64,000 nt of DNA from the NCBI GenBank assembly GCA_963707505.1, contig CAVPQB010000006.1:736001-800000 (forward strand), in the 5' to 3' direction. The notes beneath the pieces were generated by a model. It made no database searches. It was given only the letters and a program-made list of their open reading frames with translations, and had not been told where the DNA came from. This document shows, one piece after another, positions 20,056 to 30,332 of this stretch (position 1 is the first letter of the stretch; each line of letters starts with the position of its first letter). The stretch is from an uncultured Gemmatimonadales bacterium. GTDB taxonomy: Bacteria > Gemmatimonadota > Gemmatimonadetes > Gemmatimonadales > Gemmatimonadaceae. A program made the translations under genes and the position numbers.

Positions 20056-20167
20056 TCGCCATTTCTCCCTCGGTTGATGTGCAAGTCCTGAATCATTTCA
20101 CGCTGTAGCTGCCGCCACACGTTTCGCGCGCCCTACGCAGTCGCCTGTTCGAGCGCTCGGCGTTCGA

Positions 20168-20860
20168 TCAACTCACAGTCGTGCCGAACAGGCGACCGAT
20201 GAGCGCCGACGCGCCCATCGCGAGCGCTCCCCAGAATGCGACGCGCAATGCACCGCGCGTGAGTGATGCACCACCAACTTTCGCCGCCAGCGCACCGAGT
20301 AAAACCAGGAGCACGAGCGTGGTTCCGATCACGACCACCGAGAGGTATGAGCTCGCAACAAATGCGGATACGAGGACGGGCAGGGCAGCGCCGGCGGCGA
20401 ATGACACGGCGGACGACAACGCTGCCTGGAGTGGTCGCGCGGTCGTCAGTTCCGAGAGCCCGAGCTCCTCTCGTGCATGTGCGCCCAGCGCGTCTTTCGC
20501 CATGAGCTGTTCGGCAACGTCGCGCGCCAGCGCGGGGGTGAGTCCGCGAGACTCGAAGATCTCGCTCAACTCTGCATGCTCAGCCGCGGGATTCGCAGCG
20601 AGCTCGGTCCGCTCGCGACTCAAATCCGCCGTCTCGGTATCCCTCTGCGAGCTTACCGAGACGTACTCGCCCGCCGCCATCGACATTGCGCCGGCGACGA
20701 GGCCGGCGACGCCCGCGATCAGTACTGCCGCTCGGCCGGTTCCCGCCGCGGCGACGCCAACGACGAGGCTCGCGGTGGAGATGAGCCCGTCGTTTGCGCC
20801 AAGGACGGCGGCACGTAGCCAGCCGATATGTGCGGTGCGGTGCCGTTCGATGTGGCGCAT
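20168..20860 (-). CDS. VIT1/CCC1 family transporter
   Basis: GWLRAAVLGANDG, SMAAGEYVSVSSQ and AHAREELG motifs. Confidence 0.93.
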   Translation of the reverse strand: MRHIERHRTAHIGWLRAAVLGANDGLISTASLVVGVAAAGTGRAAVLIAGVAGLVAGAMSMAAGEYVSVSSQRDTETADLSRERTELAANPAAEHAELSEIFESRGLTPALARDVAEQLMAKDALGAHAREELGLSELTTARPLQAALSSAVSFAAGAALPVLVSAFVASSYLSVVVIGTTLVLLVLLGALAAKVGGASLTRGALRVAFWGALAMGASALIGRLFGTTVS

Positions 20861-21088
20861 CCATAGCCCCGTGTGCAGGTCAAACCGGTGCCGCGGAAAT
20901 AACCCGGTTGTGGAATCTACAGATCCTTTGCGCCTGGATCGCAAATCGTATGGCCGGTCAGTTGAAGTGTCAAGAAGCCGCATGTTTGCAGGCAGCAGGG
21001 TTATTATTTCACATGTCTGACCTGTTTTTGCAGCAGGGGTTTCTGTAGCTGTCCCGCCACGAGAAGTATCTCTGAAACGCGAGGCAAC

Positions 21089-21826
21089 ATGGTCAGGAGT
21101 AAGCGCGCCAAGGCGTTTGTTGCGGGTATCGTGAATAGTCGCTTACTGAGTCCGCTCCGTGCCCCCGCCCTCCACGCCACTCAATTCGTGCTGGGACTCA
21201 ACCATCGTGAGGTAGTGAGTTTCGCCCAGCCGACGCGCGCCGCCGCGGTAGCCCGGATCCGTGAGATCGTCACCGGTTTTCCTTCCCAGACGGTCGGCGT
21301 GGACGAGGCTTACATGATTCGAAGCGCGGTACTTGCGACCGAACGAATTCCGGGAATCCTGGCAGAAGTGGGTGTCTTCAGGGGCGGCACAGCAAGAGTG
21401 ATTTGTGAGGCGAAGGGCGACCGAACACTGCATCTGTTCGACACTTTTGAAGGGCTCCCCTCCCCGACTGCGATCGACCGGGGTTTCGAGAGCGGCCAAT
21501 ACGCATGCAGCCTCGACGATGTGAAGAAATATCTCGATGGATGCCGGGACGTTCACTTTCACCAGGGGCTGTTTCCCGCAACGGCCGGTCCCGTTCGCGA
21601 TCTTCGATTCTCTTTCGTGCACCTCGACGTGGATCTCTATCAAAGCACGCTCGAATCTCTCCAGTTCTTCTATCCGAGGATGAGTGTCGGAGCCATGCTC
21701 ATCTCCCACGACTACGTCGAGTTCGCCGCCGTGCGCCGCGCCTTTGATGATTATCTGAGGGATTCGAGGCAGCCGGTGCTCGAGCTGAGTGGCAATCAAT
21801 GCCTGATCGTCAAGGTCGCGGACTGA
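21089..21826 (+). CDS. TylF/MycF-family O-methyltransferase
   Basis: AEVGVFRGG, LFDTFEGLP, FVHLDVDLYQS and HDY motifs. Confidence 0.9.
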   Translation: MVRSKRAKAFVAGIVNSRLLSPLRAPALHATQFVLGLNHREVVSFAQPTRAAAVARIREIVTGFPSQTVGVDEAYMIRSAVLATERIPGILAEVGVFRGGTARVICEAKGDRTLHLFDTFEGLPSPTAIDRGFESGQYACSLDDVKKYLDGCRDVHFHQGLFPATAGPVRDLRFSFVHLDVDLYQSTLESLQFFYPRMSVGAMLISHDYVEFAAVRRAFDDYLRDSRQPVLELSGNQCLIVKVAD

Positions 21827-21845
21827 CCACCGTGGCTGAAAGGCC

Positions 21846-22916
21846 CTAGGGCGCCGCAACCTCCGCGGCGATCGGCGTGCGAACGTGGACAATGCGACGG
21901 CCAAGGGCGATCCCGGGGCGCTCGATCGTGCGGTATGCAGCCACAGGGAGCGCGACAATGAACACGCAGAACATGACCCACTGGAGCGCCACCGGCAGGT
22001 CCTTCAGCACGATGAACGCAAGCCAGATGGCTGCGAGGTGCAACAGGTATATGCTGTAGCTGTTGGTGCAGATGCTATGTGCGATGCGAGTCAGCCACGA
22101 CTCGCTCACGTCGCGCACGAGCGTGATCGCGAGCGCGACGGCGATACAGAAGGGCCATCCCCGCACCGGCAGCTCCTCACTGGGATGAGAGAGCTTGAAG
22201 ATCGCGACACAGCCCAGAAGCAGGAGAGCGAAGCTCCACCCCGGAAGCGGTGGTTGGCCACCCCGTCGGAGAATCGCATACGCAAGCACTCCAGCAACGA
22301 AGCATGGGGCGAACGCTACAACCGACTCGAGCCTCCACAGCCCCGGGATGCTGTCGGTAAAACCGTGCGTGACCAGGAGCGCGAACCCACAGCACGCGGC
22401 GAGTGCAGCAACTACCGCCCAGATACTCTTCCGGGCGAGCAGGAACGCCAGCGGAAGCATGAGGTATAGCTGCACCTCGATCGGTAGCGTCCAGAGCATT
22501 CCGGGCACCGGGTCATCCTGCGTGATGTTCTGCACCAGCGCCATGTCCGCCAGCACTGTCCGAAGATGCGGATGAACGATCAGACCGGGACTGCCGAACG
22601 GAAGCGCGTGTGGCATGATGCCAAATGCGGCCGTGCCGAGCACGGTCACGATCGCGAGCGGGTAAATCCTGAATGCACGCCGGATGTAGAACGCTCGAAC
22701 CCAATCCGGACGCGGTCCCTGACGTTCGAGCGATGACATCAGGACGAGCGACGTGTGCACGAAGAAAAGCAGAACGCCGATGCGCCCCAGCTCCCAATTG
22801 TCGATCGGCGTCGCGTCCAGCGACCACACCGCGAGCAAGTGCGCAATCAGAACGCACAACACCGCCGCAGCCCGCAGCAGGTCCAGATTGCGCTCTGGGA
22901 GCGGCGTGGCGCTCAT
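21846..22916 (-). CDS. Acyltransferase-3 (OafA-like) membrane protein
   Basis: LDLLRAAAVL, GVLLFFV, FYIRRAFRIYP, WTLPIEVQLY and SYSIYLLH motifs. Confidence 0.92.
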   Translation of the reverse strand: MSATPLPERNLDLLRAAAVLCVLIAHLLAVWSLDATPIDNWELGRIGVLLFFVHTSLVLMSSLERQGPRPDWVRAFYIRRAFRIYPLAIVTVLGTAAFGIMPHALPFGSPGLIVHPHLRTVLADMALVQNITQDDPVPGMLWTLPIEVQLYLMLPLAFLLARKSIWAVVAALAACCGFALLVTHGFTDSIPGLWRLESVVAFAPCFVAGVLAYAILRRGGQPPLPGWSFALLLLGCVAIFKLSHPSEELPVRGWPFCIAVALAITLVRDVSESWLTRIAHSICTNSYSIYLLHLAAIWLAFIVLKDLPVALQWVMFCVFIVALPVAAYRTIERPGIALGRRIVHVRTPIAAEVAAP

Positions 22917-22966
22917 AGCGGACGAACGTACAACGGGTCATCCCAGCGGACAAGATTTTTTTGTCA

Positions 22967-22990
22967 GCGTCAGGTCCTGCGCCATACGCC
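22967..22990. repeat. Degenerate family A left TIR (solo)
   Basis: GCGTCAGGTCCTGCGCCATACGCC vs GGGTCAGGTCTTGCGCCGTGCGCC. Confidence 0.45.
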
Positions 22991-23146
22991 CAGCGAAGTC
23001 CGCCCTTGACAGGCGGGGTCGATATGTTGAAATTTCACCACGGCTGTTTTTTCAGCATACGGACGACTCCGGCCCCCGGTTTCGCCCTACCGGCTGGGAC
23101 GAACAGCGCCGCGCGATACCAGCTCGCGCATTCTTTTTGAGGCATT

Positions 23147-25786
23147 ATGCTGATTTTTCAACATAAATCCGTGCAGTCGTTCGAATCGGCCCCGTCGAGC
23201 AGCCTCGGGCCACTCTCGGCGATGTGCGCGTGGCTCGTCATCAGTATGGCTACGGCACGGCCGCAGGCGATCCAGGCGCAGCAATCCGCTCCGCCAACCG
23301 TCAGCGACAGCAACAGCAGCAGCAACAGGACTGCGGTAGCGACTCGCGCCGAGCACGCGCCGGTGATCGATGGCAAGGATGACGATCCGGTCTGGCGCGC
23401 TGCGCCAGCGGTTTCGTCGTTCCGCGAGCACGACCCGGTGGAAGACGCCGATCCCCGTTTTCGCACCGAGTTCAAAATTGCGTACGACAGCCACAACATC
23501 TACGTCTTCGTTCGCGCATTCGACAAGGACCCGAAGGCGATACGCACCACGCTCGCACGACGAGACGCGCGTGCGCCGACGGATCAGATAATCGTGATGA
23601 TCGATTCGTATCATGACGGCCGCAGCGGCTTCGAGTTCTGCGTGAGTCCCGGCGGTGTGAAGCGCGACTTCGCCATCTATAACGACAACAACGAGGACGG
23701 AAGCTGGGACGGCGTGTGGGACGTCGCGACCAGAATAGACTCGCTTGGCTGGACAGCAGAGTACGCGATTCCCATGTCGCAGCTGGGATTCACGAGCGCG
23801 CCGACGCACACGATAGGATTTAGTGTGTGGCGTGATCTGGACCGCTTCAAGGAGAGATTGAGCTGGCCGGGATATCATCCAAGCAGGAACGGTCTCGTCT
23901 CGCAATTCGGAACCGTTACCGGAATCGGTGACGTCGGCTCGACACATCCGCTCGAAGTCGTTCCGTACGTCGTCACGAAGAACGTCTCGACGACCGGCGC
24001 TTCATCCTTCGGTCGGGCGCAACGCGTTTCGGCAGGCGCCGATCTCAAGCTGGGAGTGACGCCGGGACTGCGGCTCACAGCGGCGATCAATCCCGATTTC
24101 GGACAGGTCGAGGCGGATCCATCGGTCCTCAACCTCGGTGCGTTCGAGACGTTCTTCAGCGAGCAGCGCCCATTCTTCGTCGAAGGGCAGGGACGCTACA
24201 CGATGAGCCTCAACTGCAATGCGGTCAACTGCAATTCCGAAGGTCTGTTCTATTCGCGTCGCATCGGGCGCACACCGCAGCTGCTCGGCGCGTACGGCGA
24301 TCCGGGCTCGCCTACTGCCAGCACGATTCTCGGTGCGGCGAAGCTGAGCGGACGAATCGGAAATTCCATCTCGATCGGCGCGCTCGATGCGGTGACGGGT
24401 CGGGCGGCGGGATCTTTCGACCGTACAATCGAGCCAACGACGAATTACGGTGTGTTGCGCGCTCAACGGGATTTCCGCGGCGGCGCCAGCAATATCGGGA
24501 TCATCGCAACGAGCGTGGAGCGAGACAACGACACGTGGACTTCCAATGCGCTGCGCAAGTCCGCGAGCGTGCTGGGAGCCGACTTCTCGCACAAATTCCT
24601 GGCCAACAATTACACGGTGTCCGGCTCGGTGACAGCCAGCGACGTCACAGGAACGCCGGAAGCGATCCTCAGTACACAAACCAACGCGGTTCATTACTAC
24701 CAGCGTCCGGACGGCAAGCTGCGCGTCGACTCGAGCCTCACTTCATTGAACGGAAATTCCGAGGAATTCATTTTCGGAAAGTACGGCGGCGGAATCACTC
24801 GCTTCGAGACGAGCTATCAGCGCCAGTCATCCGGCTACGAAGTCAACGACATCGGCTACCTGCAGCGGGCGGACATACAATCATGGAACAACTGGGCAGC
24901 GCTCAATTTCTTCAAGCGCACTGCGATCTACAACAGTCTCCGCGTCAACGGAAATTTCTGGAATCGATGGACCAGTGCAGGCCTGCCGCTGGAGCACGCT
25001 CTCAATACCAACGCACACATCGTATTTCACAACAACTGGAGCGCCGGCGCCGGCGGAACAATGGGACAGCTCGGCACGGTGTACTGTGACCGGTGCGCGC
25101 GCGGCGGGCCTGCCATTCGCCAGTCTTCGTACATCTCACCATGGTTCTACATCACCGGTGACGATCGGCGCCGGATCGCGCCCTCGATATCGGCAAATTT
25201 CCAGAGGAGCGACGAGGGCCGGTCGCATTACATGTCGCTCGAGCCAAGTGTCGCAATTCAGGCGACGAGCCAGCTACTGTTCTCGCTCGACGTCAACGCC
25301 GCACGCAACGACGACAACTCGCAGTGGATCGGGAACTTCAGCGACTCGACGAGCAACACGACGCACTATGCGTTCGCGCGTCTGCATCAGACCACGCTCT
25401 CGACATCGGTGCGAGCGACGTATCTCGCGACGCCGAATCTCTCGCTCCAGTTCTACGCGCAGCCATTCGTGTCCAACGGATCGTACTCCAATCCGCGCGA
25501 ATTGAGCTCCACGCCGAGGGCGGCGAGTTATGTCAACAGGTTCGTTGCATACGCGGCACCAGCATCGGCGACGTCTGGTTTCAGCGACCGCGAGTTCAAG
25601 CTGAACGCGGTGGCGCGCTGGGAATACAGACCTGGATCGACGGTGTTCCTCGTATGGACACAGGGCCGGTCGGCTTACGACGACTCGCCCGACGTGCGCG
25701 GCTGGACGGGGACGTATCCGGCTCTGTTCAAGCTGCGGCCGGACAACACATTCCTTGTAAAGGTGAGCTACTGGCTGAGCAGGTAA
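23147..25786 (+). CDS. CBM9-like + DUF5916 outer-membrane protein
   Basis: APVIDGKDDD, GWTAEYAIP, INPDFGQVEADP, FFSEQRPFF and LFYSRRIG motifs, ending VKVSYW; start uncertain. Confidence 0.88.
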   Translation: MLIFQHKSVQSFESAPSSSLGPLSAMCAWLVISMATARPQAIQAQQSAPPTVSDSNSSSNRTAVATRAEHAPVIDGKDDDPVWRAAPAVSSFREHDPVEDADPRFRTEFKIAYDSHNIYVFVRAFDKDPKAIRTTLARRDARAPTDQIIVMIDSYHDGRSGFEFCVSPGGVKRDFAIYNDNNEDGSWDGVWDVATRIDSLGWTAEYAIPMSQLGFTSAPTHTIGFSVWRDLDRFKERLSWPGYHPSRNGLVSQFGTVTGIGDVGSTHPLEVVPYVVTKNVSTTGASSFGRAQRVSAGADLKLGVTPGLRLTAAINPDFGQVEADPSVLNLGAFETFFSEQRPFFVEGQGRYTMSLNCNAVNCNSEGLFYSRRIGRTPQLLGAYGDPGSPTASTILGAAKLSGRIGNSISIGALDAVTGRAAGSFDRTIEPTTNYGVLRAQRDFRGGASNIGIIATSVERDNDTWTSNALRKSASVLGADFSHKFLANNYTVSGSVTASDVTGTPEAILSTQTNAVHYYQRPDGKLRVDSSLTSLNGNSEEFIFGKYGGGITRFETSYQRQSSGYEVNDIGYLQRADIQSWNNWAALNFFKRTAIYNSLRVNGNFWNRWTSAGLPLEHALNTNAHIVFHNNWSAGAGGTMGQLGTVYCDRCARGGPAIRQSSYISPWFYITGDDRRRIAPSISANFQRSDEGRSHYMSLEPSVAIQATSQLLFSLDVNAARNDDNSQWIGNFSDSTSNTTHYAFARLHQTTLSTSVRATYLATPNLSLQFYAQPFVSNGSYSNPRELSSTPRAASYVNRFVAYAAPASATSGFSDREFKLNAVARWEYRPGSTVFLVWTQGRSAYDDSPDVRGWTGTYPALFKLRPDNTFLVKVSYWLSR

Positions 25787-25870
25787 GCCATGTGCAGCCT
25801 TGCGGCTCGGCAAGGTGCGGGCTACGCTTCGTGCGCTTCGCAGTCCCCGACACCAATCCGCCTCCGTCCC

Positions 25871-26752
25871 ATGCCTATCCGCATCCGTCCGTTCGCCGTG
25901 GTCGCCGCCACGCTCCTGACCTTCGGCCCGACACTCGGCGCGCAGCAAGTACCGAAAGCGATCTATACCGACCCACCGCGCGACGTTCAGCACCCCGCGC
26001 GCATGGAAGTGTTGCACATCCCATCCGGCGACGTGAAGATCAACGGCGTCGCATATCTGGTCGGTGGTACCGGTGTGCATCCAACTTTCGTGCTGCTGCA
26101 CGGACTCCCCGGCAATGAGAAGAACCTCGATCTGGCGCAGGCGGTGCGACGCGCCGGCTGGAACGCGATCACATTCAATTACCGTGGATCGTGGGGCAGT
26201 CCCGGCGTCTTCCGCTTCGCACAGAACCTGGAGGATGCAGATGCGGTGCTCGCATTCCTGCGCGATCCCGCCAACTCAGCCGCGCTCGGTATCGATACCA
26301 CACATCTCGTCCTCGCCGGTCACAGCATGGGCGGCTGGGTGACGGCGCTCACCGCGGCGCATCAACACGGGCTCGAGGGAGCCGTGCTCATCTCGGCAGC
26401 GGACATGGCCGCGTTCGGCGGAACGTCCAGAGCGAAAATTGTCGCTGCGATGGCCACAGACATGGAGTCGCTCGCCGGTACGAGCCCCGAGCAGATGGCC
26501 GACGAGGTGATCGCGCACAAGGACGTCTGGAACTTCGGCACCGCATACGCCGGCCTTGCGTCGATTCCGATGCTCGTCATCACATCGAACGATGGCCTGG
26601 CACCAACGAACGACGCGCTCGTCGCAGCTGTGCGCGCGCGCGGCAACACGAAAATCACAACCGCGCACTTTCCCACGGATCACTCATATTCCGATCAGCG
26701 TATAGCGCTGGAAAGCGCAGTGATCGAGTGGCTGCAGAAGATGGCGAGATAG
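25871..26752 (+). CDS. Secreted alpha/beta hydrolase
   Basis: LLHGLPGNEKNLD, YRGSWGSPG, GHSMGG and TDHSYS motifs. Confidence 0.9.
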   Translation: MPIRIRPFAVVAATLLTFGPTLGAQQVPKAIYTDPPRDVQHPARMEVLHIPSGDVKINGVAYLVGGTGVHPTFVLLHGLPGNEKNLDLAQAVRRAGWNAITFNYRGSWGSPGVFRFAQNLEDADAVLAFLRDPANSAALGIDTTHLVLAGHSMGGWVTALTAAHQHGLEGAVLISAADMAAFGGTSRAKIVAAMATDMESLAGTSPEQMADEVIAHKDVWNFGTAYAGLASIPMLVITSNDGLAPTNDALVAAVRARGNTKITTAHFPTDHSYSDQRIALESAVIEWLQKMAR

Positions 26753-26866
26753 CATGGCTCGTCGATAGTTGTGTAGCAGGTGAGTCGGTTCGCCAGTTCA
26801 GCTGCGAGCGTCAATGTCCCCGCGGCATGACTCCCCGAAATGGCGATGCCCATTACCGAGCCGTGC

Positions 26867-27475
26867 TCATTCCTCGATCGCTTCGGCGACTATCGCAAAG
26901 CGTCCCTTGTCTCGACCCGTGGTAGGCGGATTCAGGAACTCGCTGAGAATTATCTTGAACCGCAAACCACCCAGTAGCGCCATCGCGGCTTCCGGGGAAT
27001 GCGAATCGTAGAAGAACGTATGCCCGAACATCGTGTCTGTGAATGCCGGATGTTCGGATCCGCCAACGGTGAGAGCAAAGCGGCCACCCAGCGGCATGAC
27101 CGCTCGCACGCGCGCAAGAATTGCGGCGTGCTCCTCTCTAGGAATATGAAAAAGCGAATCCCAGGCGATGACCGCTGCGAATTCTCCCTCGGGCTCGAAG
27201 TTCTCCAGCGATGACAGGATCCAATCCTGTTCCGGTAAGTGACTGCGCGCCAGTTGCAGCATTGCCGCCGACTGATCCACCCCTGTCACATGAACCTGTC
27301 GTGAAACCAGATATTCTGCGATCGGCCGACCCGTGCCGCAGCCAAGATCCAGGACGTTCGCACCAGTCGGTACGCGCTCGAGCGTGAGATCGAAGATTCG
27401 CCTTTCAGAGTCTGACAGGAGCAACCTTGCTTCGTGCCACTGGTGCGCGATGGCGTCGTACGACTCACGATTCAT
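26867..27475 (-). CDS. Class I SAM-dependent methyltransferase
   Basis: VLDLGCGTG, VTGVDQS and WDSLFHIP motifs. Confidence 0.9.
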   Translation of the reverse strand: MNRESYDAIAHQWHEARLLLSDSERRIFDLTLERVPTGANVLDLGCGTGRPIAEYLVSRQVHVTGVDQSAAMLQLARSHLPEQDWILSSLENFEPEGEFAAVIAWDSLFHIPREEHAAILARVRAVMPLGGRFALTVGGSEHPAFTDTMFGHTFFYDSHSPEAAMALLGGLRFKIILSEFLNPPTTGRDKGRFAIVAEAIEE

Positions 27476-27497
27476 ATGTCGAGTCTTTCGCGCGCGC

Positions 27498-28058
27498 TTA
27501 TCGAATCGCCTGGCTGGAAATTCGAGCAACGGCAACGACAAGCACTACACTTGCCGCGGACCACTCGAATCGCCGTGACCTGAAGATCAAGGCTCCAACT
27601 GCACATAGAAGAGCGATGGTTCGTACGAGACCGGCGAAATCAATGACGACAGCGCCGCTGGCAGCGATTGCAGCGATCCAGGTTGCTGTCTGATTGATCG
27701 CCAGAATCGTGAGGAACACATCTCTGCTCTTTGCCCATTCGGCGCGCATGTCGAGCCGCCCCGATTCCGGAATGGCTCTCGGTAATACGCTTGCGGACAG
27801 GAGAAACAGCAGGATTGGAAGAACAGCGAGCAGCACATAGTGGCCGACCACACGAGCATTCCGCGAACCGTCCAATCCCGCACCCACGGCCCACCAGTAA
27901 TTGAACAGCCACAGCAATGCGATCGTGGCCCACACGAGCGGTAACCAGTCCCACTCGACGTGCTTGCGAGCGTGGATCAGTCTGTGAAAATTGACGAGCA
28001 GATCGGCGATGCCGAGGCCGATGATGATCGAGACGAGAGTTGCCCAATGTTCTGTCAT
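27498..28058 (-). CDS. Uncharacterised ~190-aa multi-TM membrane protein (family member 1)
   Basis: LVSIIIGLGIADLL...W.....W....YWW pattern shared with ORFs at 40953, 45932 and 46545. Confidence 0.8.
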   Translation of the reverse strand: MTEHWATLVSIIIGLGIADLLVNFHRLIHARKHVEWDWLPLVWATIALLWLFNYWWAVGAGLDGSRNARVVGHYVLLAVLPILLFLLSASVLPRAIPESGRLDMRAEWAKSRDVFLTILAINQTATWIAAIAASGAVVIDFAGLVRTIALLCAVGALIFRSRRFEWSAASVVLVVAVARISSQAIR

Positions 28059-28063
28059 ACGAG

Positions 28064-28102
28064 GGGTATTGGGTATTGGGTCGGGTCGTGCGCCGTGTAC
28101 GC
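28064..28102. repeat. Degenerate family A left TIR preceded by a GGGTATT duplication
   Basis: GGGTATT GGGTATT GGGTCGGGTCGTGCGCCGTG. Confidence 0.5.
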
Positions 28103-28104
28103 CG

Positions 28105-29124
28105 TTACGCTGATCTTCGCCGACGGGCCCAGTCCATAGCCACGAGGGCGAAGCGACGTGGGAAGAATGCCTTGAGGAATCCTGTAAAAGCCCCAATCGT
28201 AGGTCTGGTTCGCCAGCTTTGCAGGAATCCCACGCGTGCATCTCGCGGATTACCATCGCACCAGTCCCAGTATGCGAGTCCCCACAACATCTGTGCAAGC
28301 GCGCTATCGGCCGCGGCCGCTTCGCTGTGCGAAAGAGTGTGCCTGAGGCGTTTCAGATGCGCTCTCCGAACCGTGATGGCATCCACTCGAGTCGCGCGCT
28401 GATTGCGCGCGGTCAAGCTTGCCGAGTGACGGCGGTTGAGTGAATGGATCTCGTTGACGAACACAAACGGTGTATGCTCGGCGAATCGAAACCAGAGATC
28501 GACGTCCTCCGAGCAGACGATGGATTCGTCGAACCATAGCGCTTCGCTCACGACGAGTTCGCGCTTGAATACGACCGTTGGAGTGTTGACCGGCGTCGAC
28601 GTGAGAAGAAAAGCTCGAAAACTCACCGGACAGAGAAACGTATCCCCGTCGACATGGTCCATATAGCGCGCGGTCTTTTCGAGGAATCGCATGGATCGAA
28701 GCACGGACTGAGCCTCGACGTTGCCGGTGGCCTGATGCAGGTGCTGATAGTCGGCGAACGCAAAGTGTGCACCGGTCCGACGCATCGCAGCCACACATGA
28801 TGCAAGGCGAGTCGGCAGCGAGACGTCATCAGCGTCGAGCAGTGCCACGTACTCGCCGCGAGCAGCACGCAGCCCGTCGTTACGAGCACACGACGGGCGG
28901 CCCGATGCGGATTGTCGACGAATGAGGCGGATGCGCGGATCGGCAGCAGCATGCGCGGCCGCGACATCTGCCGTGTGATCGGTCGACGCATCATCGACGA
29001 CGATGATCTCGATGTCCCGGACCGTCTGATTCGACAGAGAAGCAAGCGCCTCGGCTATGTATGCGCCGCAGTTGTACGCCGGCACGATCACCGACACCAG
29101 CGGCTCTTTATACTGTGTCGTCAT
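28105..29124 (-). CDS. Glycosyltransferase family 2
   Basis: VSVIVPAYN, IIVVDDASTD, ARNDGL, LLDADD and EDVDLW motifs. Confidence 0.93.
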   Translation of the reverse strand: MTTQYKEPLVSVIVPAYNCGAYIAEALASLSNQTVRDIEIIVVDDASTDHTADVAAAHAAADPRIRLIRRQSASGRPSCARNDGLRAARGEYVALLDADDVSLPTRLASCVAAMRRTGAHFAFADYQHLHQATGNVEAQSVLRSMRFLEKTARYMDHVDGDTFLCPVSFRAFLLTSTPVNTPTVVFKRELVVSEALWFDESIVCSEDVDLWFRFAEHTPFVFVNEIHSLNRRHSASLTARNQRATRVDAITVRRAHLKRLRHTLSHSEAAAADSALAQMLWGLAYWDWCDGNPRDARVGFLQSWRTRPTIGAFTGFLKAFFPRRFALVAMDWARRRRSA

Positions 29125-30332
29125 CGCAGATGGGACGCGATGAGCGAGACAGTGGTTTCGGCAGCCGCGATAGTCTGTCTCAGCATTTCCGGTGCAATGA
29201 CGAAATCGTCGACGTTTCCGTCACCGCACTGTCCGTTGGGATATGCGCCGAGGATCGAGAAGTAGCTCATGCCCGCCGAGTCGGCGGCGGTATAATAATA
29301 CGGCTCGATATGCCCGGGCGGAGTGAGTTCTATGAGGACCGAGCCCGGATGACAGAACACGACATCGGTGAGCGCCGCTCCGTGCGGACCGATGATGATC
29401 TCCGCCTGCGGCAGGAGATCACGGATTGCGTCCGTGCCCGGAATGATCGTCTCGAATCCCGCCGCATCCAGGATCGGAGCGAGTGCCTCTTCATCGATCA
29501 GCGTACGTCTCGACCCTCGTCTGCTAAGAAAAAGACGCCGGCCCTGCTGCGGAACATGCGGCGATCGCGAGCGCCAGAATTCGCCGACCCATGTTGGACT
29601 GTTGCATCGCAAGCCCGGAAAGGTAGGCGCGATCAGCTGCTCGCATTCCACAATTGAAAAGCTGCTCAGCGCAACCATCTTCTCCGGTGGGATTCCGCAC
29701 AGCTGTACGGCAGATTTTCGTCCTTCGGATGACAGATCCGGAACGAGTACGTGCGACACATCGTCCCAGGTGTAGCCGGATCGCTCGAACAAGGCGACTC
29801 GGGACAGCGCATCGAACATCATGTGACCGTAGTTCGCGGACCACTCCGTACACAGGTTGAGTGTCACGCCCGACAAACGCGCAGTCGACGCGAGGCTGTC
29901 GTGGAGATAGATCGGACATGACCCCACTCGGTATCCATACCAGCTGTGATCGGGAAGATATGTGTCATCCTCGGCGACGATCCATCCTTGCGGACTGATC
30001 ACGCGTGCATTCCGCAGTCGTGCAACGCCTGCCGCCGGCAGGACTGTCGCGACCAGCTCGAGCATCTGCGCAGCGGGATAGTTGACGCAACGCGGCGCTT
30101 GCCTCTCGGCGACGCCAGCCGGAACGACCTCACGCCATTCGGCGCCATGTCGCCGGCAGTATTCCGGAGTGTGAGACCAGTGCCGGGGCGGCCCGAAGGT
30201 TCGCGAGTCCAGAGGCAGCCACTTGCTGCGCTCCGGACTCGCGAACGTGCCAGCGAATCGGCGATAGGTTGCTCCGCCGAGCTTCCACAACGGGCGCGGA
30301 ACCAGCGCGCGTAAACCGGGGTCAGAGTGCAC
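29121..30332 (-). CDS. Glycosyltransferase family 61 (DUF563)
   Basis: NYGHMMFD, LFLSRR, IIGPHGAALT and VLIEL motifs; the called GTG start lies inside a family B TIR, so the 5' end is uncertain. Confidence 0.85.
   Translation of the reverse strand: MHSDPGLRALVPRPLWKLGGATYRRFAGTFASPERSKWLPLDSRTFGPPRHWSHTPEYCRRHGAEWREVVPAGVAERQAPRCVNYPAAQMLELVATVLPAAGVARLRNARVISPQGWIVAEDDTYLPDHSWYGYRVGSCPIYLHDSLASTARLSGVTLNLCTEWSANYGHMMFDALSRVALFERSGYTWDDVSHVLVPDLSSEGRKSAVQLCGIPPEKMVALSSFSIVECEQLIAPTFPGLRCNSPTWVGEFWRSRSPHVPQQGRRLFLSRRGSRRTLIDEEALAPILDAAGFETIIPGTDAIRDLLPQAEIIIGPHGAALTDVVFCHPGSVLIELTPPGHIEPYYYTAADSAGMSYFSILGAYPNGQCGDGNVDDFVIAPEMLRQTIAAAETTVSLIASHLR

Noticed and set aside
23006..23035. Sigma70 promoter for the DUF5916 gene
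   Set aside because: TTGACA is present but there is no convincing -10 box at 16-18 bp spacing.
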